Source: a virus
Reading direction: 5' to 3' (one strand)
Length of the DNA stretch: 64,000 nucleotides
IMG/VR virus record: IMGVR_UViG_3300045988_173968
Positions within the stretch are counted from its first letter, which is position 1; the number at the start of each line of letters is the position of its first letter. Both the position numbers and the translations under genes were made by a program. The notes beneath the pieces are model-generated. The model was not told the DNA's origin. It was given only the letters and a program-made list of their open reading frames with translations, and did no database searches. This document shows, one piece after another, positions 8,400-14,153 of the stretch.

Positions 8400-8423
8400 T
8401 AAAAATACCCCCTAAATTTTTAT

Positions 8424-8498
8424 TGGAGCTGAAGCCCAGACTTGAACTGGGAACCTGCGCTTTACGAGTGCGCCACTCTACCTTTGAGTTACTTCAGC
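8424..8498 (-). tRNA. tRNA-Thr (anticodon CGU), CCA encoded
   Basis: Hand-folded: acceptor GCTGAAG/CTTCAGC, anticodon loop CTCGTAA, T arm CCCAG-TTCAAGT-CTGGG. One A-A mismatch at the base of the anticodon stem. Confidence 0.75.
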
Positions 8499-8532
8499 AT
8501 ATTGCCCCTCCGAAGAGGGGCATGAGGTATTA

Positions 8533-8760
8533 TCAGGCGTTGGAGGTCTTCGCAATGCAGGACAGGCGGCAGGACTCAGTAATGCCGTAGGAGGCAAAGG
8601 ACTTGTCCATCTCACCGGCACGCAACGGAGTACCATCCAGCGCGGGGGTGGCGGTAGAATAATCTACATTGTTCTCATCGAGAACCTCTCGAATGGTCTT
8701 CTCAGCGTCTACGAGCAGAGTCTTACGATCCATGTTGTTAGTCAGAGTAATGCTTACCAT
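8533..8760 (-). CDS. 75-aa protein, possible ubiquitin-like beta-grasp fold (no C-terminal GG)
   Basis: AAGGAG RBS. Its size and the pattern MVSITL..KTLLVDAEKTIREVL...ALDGTPL...DKSFASYGI resemble small Ubl/ThiS-type proteins. This is inference only. Confidence 0.4.
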   Translation of the reverse strand: MVSITLTNNMDRKTLLVDAEKTIREVLDENNVDYSTATPALDGTPLRAGEMDKSFASYGITESCRLSCIAKTSNA

Positions 8761-8859
8761 AATTTTTTCTCCTTTGTTATGTAAATTTAATTTTTAGGGA
8801 CATAGTTGCGCCCCGCAGCGGTTAGCCACGGGGCTTGATTGTACTGTGCTGTTTACGGC

Positions 8860-9255
8860 TTACTGGACATCGATGGCAGCCTGAACGGAAGCAACCTCAG
8901 CCTCGATCTCGGTGAGAGTAGTACCAAGAGTCTCCTCCAGAGCATTCATCTTCAGGATGATGGCACCGAACTTGTCCTCAGCGTAGGTTTTAGCCTCGGC
9001 GGCAGACATACCGGTGGGGATCATCTCGGTGTAGGTCGCGTAGCCATTCTCGTCGTGAGAAGCGCTTACGAACACAACGCCATTCTTATTGGCGCTGGCA
9101 GTCTTAGTGCCAACATCAATGCTGAAAACGGGGTTCTTTTCTTTGTCGCGCAGAACCAGAGCATCGGGACGATACTTCTTAGTCTTACGCAGGGTCTCCA
9201 GCTTCAGGCCGGAAGTGAGTACGAGTGCGTCTCCATGGATAGTGATCTTAGTCAT
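8860..9255 (-). CDS. hypothetical 131-aa protein
   Basis: AAAGGAG RBS before ATG 9255 (MTKITIHGDALVL...). The ORF-track start at 9285 is less likely. Confidence 0.6.
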   Translation of the reverse strand: MTKITIHGDALVLTSGLKLETLRKTKKYRPDALVLRDKEKNPVFSIDVGTKTASANKNGVVFVSASHDENGYATYTEMIPTGMSAAEAKTYAEDKFGAIILKMNALEETLGTTLTEIEAEVASVQAAIDVQ

Positions 9256-9317
9256 AGTTTGACTCCTTTCGCCCATTTTGGGCATTAAAATTATTTATGT
9301 ATAACCCTGTCTGGGTT

Positions 9318-9605
9318 TTACAACGAAAGTATGTTCGAGAGCTGGTCAAAAAAATCTTCGTATGCAATTTCAGGCTCTATGCAGTCAACATAAAAACGGC
9401 GGTTGATTTCCTTCGCTCCAGGGATATCACAACTCCATAAGCCTTCAAGATTGTGATTATCGAACATGATCGAAACACAATTCGACTTACATACTTCAAC
9501 AACCTCACCAGCCTCTCCAATGAAATGACTTTCATCTAATCCGCTGTGTGGGTTTTTCTTAACAACAACCACTCTGTCGCCTACTTTGAATTTTGCCATT
9601 ATCAT
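9318..9605 (-). CDS. small protein with SH3/KOW-like N-terminus (KFKVGDRVVVV) and degenerate tail ..YEDFFDQLSNILSL
   Basis: ORF track 95 aa. ATGA-type coupling with the upstream gene. Confidence 0.65.
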   Translation of the reverse strand: MIMAKFKVGDRVVVVKKNPHSGLDESHFIGEAGEVVEVCKSNCVSIMFDNHNLEGLWSCDIPGAKEINRRFYVDCIEPEIAYEDFFDQLSNILSL

Positions 9606-9829
9606 TCACCTCCAAATAATTTTAGTAATTCTTTCTCGAATGTTGGTTGTTCTTCCTCTGGCAAAAGGATAAGTTCATCCTTTGCAATTTCGTCTGCGGT
9701 CGGCATATAACAGTCTGCAGAATATGCAAATGTCCCTTCACACCTATTCTTACACGCCAAGTAATCGCAATTGTCAGGGTTGGCTGTTTCATTCTGACGG
9801 AATAGACAAAATTCATAAAAACAGTCCAT
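9602..9829 (-). CDS. Cys-rich small protein with shared tail ..PTFEKELLKLFGG followed by E
   Basis: ORF track 75 aa. TAATG overlap with the upstream small membrane ORF. Confidence 0.65.
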   Translation of the reverse strand: MDCFYEFCLFRQNETANPDNCDYLACKNRCEGTFAYSADCYMPTADEIAKDELILLPEEEQPTFEKELLKLFGGE

Positions 9830-9963
9830 TACTCAAGCTCCTCTTTCATTTTTTCATACAATTCGCTAAACCGCTTGCTCCACTTCCTTAGCCCGAAGAA
9901 AAAGCATACGCCCAGCACAATCCACAGACCGCTGGCGATGTTTATTAATAGATTATCCATCAT
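9829..9963 (-). CDS. small single-pass membrane protein (44 aa)
   Basis: MMDNLLINIASGLWIVLGVCFFFGLRKWSKRF... Start overlaps the stop of 9960-10307 and its stop overlaps the next ATG. Below the ORF-track cutoff. Confidence 0.4.
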   Translation of the reverse strand: MMDNLLINIASGLWIVLGVCFFFGLRKWSKRFSELYEKMKEELE

Positions 9964-10307
9964 TCTACCTCCTGCATCCAAAATTTACGACGGCAATCAG
10001 AGCATATCCGGTTTGAACAATTTCCGTATCTATCCCGACAATCAGCAGAAATGAGTTTTGGGCATAGCATCAAGCGCCCACATTTGTCAATTTCCGCCTC
10101 TGGATACTGTTCAAGAAACACGCTCTGCCTCGTCTTGCGTGGATGTGCAGCAGACCATTCCTCGACTATAGCAATCTGATCCGTAGCGTCCAGCGTTGAT
10201 ATGGTGGAAACCCCACAACCACCATTAGAAGCTGGGCACCCAGTACATTTATCACCAAAACTCTCGCACATCCTGTTGCGTTCCTCAATAAATTTTACAA
10301 CATCCAT
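9960..10307 (-). CDS. Cys-rich hypothetical protein
   Basis: GGAGG RBS 8 nt before ATG 10307 (MDVVKFIEERNRMC...). Multiple CxxC/CxxxxC clusters. Confidence 0.6.
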   Translation of the reverse strand: MDVVKFIEERNRMCESFGDKCTGCPASNGGCGVSTISTLDATDQIAIVEEWSAAHPRKTRQSVFLEQYPEAEIDKCGRLMLCPKLISADCRDRYGNCSNRICSDCRRKFWMQEVE

Positions 10308-10445
10308 TGAATTTTCCTCCATTTGCACCCGTCGCACGCGCCATTATGTGCGTGTTTGTACTTCCCGCAGTATTGTCATAACTCGTTGATAAGCGCCTTG
10401 CGGTCTGACGCCAGCTACATTGAACTTTATCTCCCATAGAAAATT

Positions 10446-10751
10446 TCATTCGGTACTCCCTCCCAATAATTTAAGAAGTTCGTCCTCAAAGGATTCTATT
10501 GGAGCAACTAACCGGATCTCATTTTCAAGAACCCAGCGGCAATTAGGATTATAAGCGTCAAGCTCCCAAGTGGACTCATAGGCATCCTCGAATGAGATGC
10601 AAAATTTTGCATTCAATATTCCATTAACATTTTCCGGTTCATTGAAATTAACATCAATAACAGTTCCAACAGCGCCAATTAAATCGTCACACGCATAATC
10701 GTCGTATGCAATATTCTCAACAATTTCTACATTATCGCCTACTGAAAACAT
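10446..10751 (-). CDS. small protein with SH3/KOW-like N-terminus (FSVGDNVEIV) and shared tail ..ESFEDELLKLLGG followed by STE
   Basis: ORF track 101 aa. AAGGAGG RBS. Confidence 0.7.
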   Translation of the reverse strand: MFSVGDNVEIVENIAYDDYACDDLIGAVGTVIDVNFNEPENVNGILNAKFCISFEDAYESTWELDAYNPNCRWVLENEIRLVAPIESFEDELLKLLGGSTE

Positions 10752-10814
10752 CTTCTTACCTCCTTTTCAAAAGTGGGGTTCTTCCCAGTCATGCACCCCT
10801 CGACTGCTTATTTG

Positions 10815-10849
10815 AAAGGAAAGGAGAAACACCATGAACAAGATGGTGT
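10815..10849 (-). terminator. intrinsic terminator closing the tRNA/ncRNA array
   Basis: On the minus strand: ACACCAT-CTTGTTC-ATGGTGT followed by TTCTCCTTTCCTTTC. Confidence 0.5.
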
Positions 10850-10990
10850 TGGGGGAAGGCTTGGGATTTGAACCCAACAATGCCTTTCGGCAACCTTCCG
10901 TATAGAGGCGGCTGTTGCACGCTGCGCACACGCATCGAAACCGCTAATCAGGGACTGTGCAAGCACCATCCCTTGGAAGGCAAACCCTTT
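10850..10990 (-). ncRNA. structured RNA ending in a 50-nt tRNA-like minihelix (acceptor stem, T arm, CCA) but lacking D and anticodon arms
   Basis: 3' module at 10850-10899: GGAAGGT/GCCTTCC acceptor, TGCC-GAAA-GGCA hairpin, TTGGG-TTCAAAT-CCCAA T arm, then C-CCA. Upstream hairpins include GGGA..GTGC-TT-GCAC..TCCC. A second CCTTCC copy upstream can pair alternatively with GGAAGG. Confidence 0.4.
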
Positions 10991-11016
10991 GACGCAACAT
11001 TTAATTCTCACTTACT

Positions 11017-11103
11017 TGGCGGAGAGGATGGGATTCGAACCCATGGCTCTGACGAGTCACCGGTTTTCAAGACCGGCTCCTTAAACCGCTCGGACACCTC
11101 TCC
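11017..11103 (-). tRNA. tRNA-Ser (anticodon UGA), long variable arm, CCA encoded
   Basis: Acceptor GGAGAGG/CCTCTCC, anticodon arm CCGGT-CTTGAAA-ACCGG, T arm ATGGG-TTCGAAT-CCCAT. Confidence 0.85.
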
Positions 11104-11560
11104 AGGTCTAGCTGGTTTTCTTGTTTCTCTCAAACCAGCAAAGCATCTATCTACGCAAGTTCAAACCGTAGCCATTGGATGAACTTTTTCTCGACCCGCA
11201 GGGTTAGATGCTTTACCCCGCTTGAACATTTTCGCAGTCCCTAGCGCCTCACCACAAAGTCTTTACTCTGTGGAGAGGTCTGAGCGTTAGGCAAGCTGTG
11301 TACACTATTGGCCAATTTATGCCATGCAATTAGCACTCGCCCTGCGGAATCGTACCGCACCCTCATAAACCGTACAGTATTAAGAATGGCCATTCCTACC
11401 CTCGGTGGTTTATGATTCGAACCTCGCTTTGCTGTACTGATGTAGTAATACGACTCGTGCCATCCAGCAGTTCACACGAGAAGTGTGGGTTGAAGATTTT
11501 TAATCGACCTTTTAGCTAGCTCTCACTTCTTGGATTAGCGCGACCCACAAATTGATATTT
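11104..11560 (-). ncRNA. large (about 455 nt) non-coding, hairpin-rich RNA candidate embedded in the tRNA array
   Basis: No credible ORF on either strand. Bounded directly by tRNA-Ser and a tRNA-like gene on the same strand. Many local stems, for example GCGG-TACGATT-CCGC and GTGGGT...ACCCAC. Confidence 0.4.
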
Positions 11561-11629
11561 TGGTTTCGGGTGGACTTGAACCACCGACGCACTGGCTCCC
11601 AGCTGCTCTACCTCCTGAGCTACGAAACC
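11561..11629 (-). ncRNA. tRNA-like gene with truncated anticodon arm (5-bp stem closed by a 3-nt GAG loop)
   Basis: Normal acceptor (GGTTTCG/CGAAACC), D arm (GCTC-AGGAGGTA-GAGC) and T arm (GGTGG-TTCAAGT-CCACC). The anticodon arm is GCTGG-GAG-CCAGT. Total 69 nt, no CCA encoded. Confidence 0.55.
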
Positions 11630-11744
11630 ATATTTAATTGGACAGTCTTTCTGAATCTAGTGTGCGCATTGCGCCTTCATCTCTCTCCGCAACTGTCCGG
11701 GATGCGTCAAATCCATCCGCGTGGCTGTCCCGGGAACAGCTAAT

Positions 11745-11820
11745 TGGTACGCCATCAGGGATTCGAACCCCGAACTAGCCGGATATAAGCCGGATACTCT
11801 GACCGTTGAGTTAATGGCGC
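11745..11820 (-). tRNA. tRNA-Ile (anticodon UAU), CCA encoded
   Basis: Acceptor GCGCCAT/ATGGCGT, anticodon loop CTTATAT, T arm CGGGG-TTCGAAT-CCCTG. One mismatch at the 27-43 pair. Confidence 0.75.
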
Positions 11821-11846
11821 ATTTAAGCAGGCAAGCCTTGGCACCT

Positions 11847-12359
11847 CTAAACGAGGTGCCGCCTGTTGGTTCGATATGTATTGATTTCTTCTTGAAGCTC
11901 GTCCATGATGTCGGTAAGGATCTCCACATAGTTTTCATCTTGGCAGTAGCGATAAGCCACATCTTCAAGTTTCGAACCTGTGTACTTCCAGGAATCTGGA
12001 TTGTTGTATTCCAACAGCCCTTCCGCAATGAACCAGATACATTCTTCAACGGAGTCGAACGACCGGAAACTGCCATCATATTGACGCCAACCTCCGATGT
12101 TATTTTTCTCCTTGAAGTAGGTTGATGTTCCCCATCCGCTCTCCAATCCGAATTTTGCAAGTAAGTACAGCGGGTTTATTCCGTAATACTTCCCTGTTTC
12201 GAGGATTGTCCAAGCATATGGGGACAGCCCTTCTCGAAGATTTGTCAGTACATACTCGAATTCTTCCAATGTGTAGTCCGTTTCATCGGTAAAGACTTCG
12301 TACCCATACGCCGGAACTACTATCAGAAGCGCTAAGAGGATTGCAATGATTTTACGCAT
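11847..12359 (-). CDS. secreted GH73-type N-acetylglucosaminidase-like peptidoglycan hydrolase
   Basis: 170 aa. Signal peptide MRKIIAILLALLIVVPAYG. LAKFGLESGWGTS...NNIGGW matches the glucosaminidase pattern. It is the only gene here that ends at TAG (11847-11849); a TAA follows 7 codons later at 11823-11825. Confidence 0.65.
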   Translation of the reverse strand: MRKIIAILLALLIVVPAYGYEVFTDETDYTLEEFEYVLTNLREGLSPYAWTILETGKYYGINPLYLLAKFGLESGWGTSTYFKEKNNIGGWRQYDGSFRSFDSVEECIWFIAEGLLEYNNPDSWKYTGSKLEDVAYRYCQDENYVEILTDIMDELQEEINTYRTNRRHLV

Positions 12360-12391
12360 TTAATACCTCCTGAATTTTTGCCCTTGCGGGC

Positions 12392-12468
12392 TGGTCGGGA
12401 TGACAGGATTTGAACCTGCGACCTCGTACTCCCAAGGCACGCGCTCTACCAAGCTGAGCCACATCCCG
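12392..12468 (-). tRNA. tRNA-Pro (anticodon UGG), CCA encoded
   Basis: CGGGATG/CATCCCG acceptor, anticodon arm CGTGC-CTTGGGA-GTACG, T arm GCAGG-TTCAAAT-CCTGT. Confidence 0.85.
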
Positions 12469-12639
12469 ATAAAGAAAGAGCCTGCGGTTTTTCTACGCCA
12501 CAGGCTCTTCCACAGAAAGGGGGCGATGCACATCCCTGCATCTGGGGCTCTTTTTCCGGCTTGCATTTCGCAAGTCGCCTCTCGCACGAGCAGTGCTAAG
12601 GTTATCTCGAAAGGAGGTGCGGGGGAATGACGACCCCCG

Positions 12640-12726
12640 TGGTGCCGCTGGCGGGATTTGAACCCGCACGATGTTTCCATCGAGGGATTTTAAGTCCCTT
12701 TCGTCTGCCAATTCCGTCACAGCGGC
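12640..12726 (-). tRNA. tRNA-Leu (anticodon UAA), long variable arm, CCA encoded
   Basis: GCCGCTG/CAGCGGC acceptor, anticodon arm AGGGA-CTTAAAA-TCCCT, variable arm TCGATGGAAACATCGT, T arm GCGGG-TTCAAAT-CCCGC. Confidence 0.85.
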
Positions 12727-12729
12727 ATT

Positions 12730-13194
12730 TTAATCATCTCTTCTTGCGCACTTCCCATCAACAAAGTGATAATCTCCAGCATATGCACAATCAGCACAAT
12801 CGTTTGTCTCGTCACCGCCGAGAGGGCAAAGAAGATTCATAAGCTCATCCTCGAAATAGAATTTTTGTTTTAACTCCGGTCGATATTTCATAATGAAATC
12901 ATCAACAGGGATTACATACCATCCATCGTAAAGTTCAGTTTTCTGATAATATTCCAAGTAACAAAACGAACCCCACTTAAGGCTTCCATTTTGCATCACA
13001 AGGATAGCAACTGTATCACTGCTCATTCGACCGAATTGCTTCCCTATTGCCTCAATGTCACTCTTTGGGAAAACTCTGACTTCATGATCTTCAGACCAGT
13101 CATCTGGGCTCAAAACTCCGTCGAAGATTTCTACAAATTCCTCAACCGTAGTCTCTCGATTAAAGTAGACGAGGAGCTTCTTTTCAATTTCCAT
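12730..13194 (-). CDS. early protein with shared tail ..FYFEDELMNLLCPLGG followed by a 27-aa Cys-rich extension
   Basis: ORF track 154 aa. Paralog of the 13196 and 13560 genes. Post-GG peptide is DETNDCADCAYAGDYHFVDGKCARRDD. Confidence 0.7.
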   Translation of the reverse strand: MEIEKKLLVYFNRETTVEEFVEIFDGVLSPDDWSEDHEVRVFPKSDIEAIGKQFGRMSSDTVAILVMQNGSLKWGSFCYLEYYQKTELYDGWYVIPVDDFIMKYRPELKQKFYFEDELMNLLCPLGGDETNDCADCAYAGDYHFVDGKCARRDD

Positions 13195-13195
13195 T

Positions 13196-13558
13196 TCATC
13201 CTCCTATCAGTGCCATTAGTTCATCCTCAAAGATTATTGGTTCCCGTAGGTCGGGGCGAAAAACATCAATGAATTCATCGATAGTATAGACAGGCGCTCT
13301 TTCATAGCCGTGCTCCTTATACCAAGACAGAGAGCAATAACCTTCCCATTTGATGGGATCATCATCTGAAACAATAAGAGATATAGTATCATCCTCTCTT
13401 CCAGAATCAAGAATATTTCGAGCCACTACGGAATGTATATCGACTGCGAAGAACTTTTTCGTGCCATTTCTATCATAAACTTCTGACATCGCATCGAAGA
13501 ATTCCGATTCTGTCATCTGTCTATCGAAGTGAACGAGAATTAACCCAGTTTTATCCAT
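13196..13558 (-). CDS. early protein ending exactly in the shared tail ..PIIFEDELMALIGG
   Basis: ORF track 120 aa. Tandem paralog of its neighbours. Confidence 0.7.
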   Translation of the reverse strand: MDKTGLILVHFDRQMTESEFFDAMSEVYDRNGTKKFFAVDIHSVVARNILDSGREDDTISLIVSDDDPIKWEGYCSLSWYKEHGYERAPVYTIDEFIDVFRPDLREPIIFEDELMALIGG

Positions 13559-13559
13559 T

Positions 13560-13880
13560 TTACCCTCCTAATAGTTGCATCAGCTCGTCCTCGAATGGCT
13601 CAGACTCTTTAATGCCAAGAAGCTCAAGGAACTGATCAAGGTTGATTTCAGTGTAACCTGATATATAATGGCTTCCCTGTGGAGTATGATAAAATTCATA
13701 GTTGGCATATCCAAGACATTTGAAATTACCATTAAACCGAAGCCCTACGCCTCTTTTAAACTTTGCTACAACATAATCATTACTACTAAAGAGAGATCTG
13801 TCTATTTTTACACCAGCAAACATTATTTCGTCTATAAGGTTCTCGTCGAGAGCCTCGTGCAAGACCAAAAGATATTTCAT
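13560..13880 (-). CDS. early protein ending exactly in the shared tail ..EPFEDELMQLLGG
   Basis: GGAGGGG RBS before ATG 13880 (MKYLLVLHEAL...). ATGA overlap with the upstream ORF. Confidence 0.7.
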   Translation of the reverse strand: MKYLLVLHEALDENLIDEIMFAGVKIDRSLFSSNDYVVAKFKRGVGLRFNGNFKCLGYANYEFYHTPQGSHYISGYTEINLDQFLELLGIKESEPFEDELMQLLGG

Positions 13881-14071
13881 CCCAACCCCTCCATGATAAT
13901 CCGCCTGCAAATCTGATCGACTTCAATTTCGGAATTGCAAGCGTACAGTTTCTCTTTGTCTTTCTTTTTGAGTTTAATGCGGAAGTCCTTGATCATTTCG
14001 AGCTTTTTTTCTATGTACTTCTCCTTATCGGAAGTGATTTTTATGACCTTGAAATGCACCTTTAATTGCAC
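13877..14071 (-). CDS. Lys-rich small hypothetical protein
   Basis: ORF track 64 aa. ATGA coupling to the downstream gene. The start codon (GTG 14071) is poorly supported. Confidence 0.35.
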   Translation of the reverse strand: MQLKVHFKVIKITSDKEKYIEKKLEMIKDFRIKLKKKDKEKLYACNSEIEVDQICRRIIMEGLG

Positions 14072-14153
14072 CTCCTATGCAGGTAATGATGATTGTTGCC
14101 ATTAAGACAATCAGCGGAGAAGCCGCGATTAGAATTACATCAGTCATCGGCAT
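14025..14153 (-). CDS. small membrane protein (42 aa)
   Basis: GAGGA RBS before ATG 14153. MPMTDVILIAASPLIVLMATIIITCIGGAIKG... is a single hydrophobic helix. The longer ORF-track version is discounted. Confidence 0.4.
   Translation of the reverse strand: MPMTDVILIAASPLIVLMATIIITCIGGAIKGAFQGHKNHFR

Noticed and set aside
10285-10449. 54-aa ORF (MKFSMGDKVQCSW...) coupled by an ATGA overlap to the 10446-10751 gene.
   Set aside because: After the first 10 residues its composition is low-complexity and Thr/Ala/Gly-rich. It overlaps the better-supported 9960-10307 gene. It may be a decayed remnant of the SH3-like family, so it was not called.
10901-10907. A CUCUAUA sequence (contains CUA) as the anticodon loop of an amber suppressor tRNA.
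   Set aside because: I could not build a 5-bp anticodon stem or a complete cloverleaf around it. It is left as an open possibility under the minihelix RNA finding.
11104-11560. The 455-nt spacer as tmRNA or RNase P RNA.
   Set aside because: The element has no tRNA-like acceptor and T-arm terminus of its own, and no tag reading frame ending in a hydrophobic ..LAA-type peptide. It has only a superficial resemblance (GGTGCGGTA) to an RNase P conserved region.
12470-12639. A possible additional tRNA or riboswitch between tRNA-Pro and tRNA-Leu.
   Set aside because: Only simple hairpins are present (GAGCCTG.GG/CC.CAGGCTC and CTTGC-GAAAT-GCAAG). There is no cloverleaf and no recognisable riboswitch core. 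It is probably processing or terminator structure.
10808-12842. ORF-track ORFs overlapping tRNAs and ncRNA spacers: 10808-11011, 10868-11182, 11552-11743, 11657-12160, 11721-12125, 12360-12680, 12400-12630, 12493-12720 and 12627-12842. Also 7089-7520 and 8387-8590.
   Set aside because: They run through tRNA genes or antisense to the GH73 gene. They lack an RBS and their translations look random.
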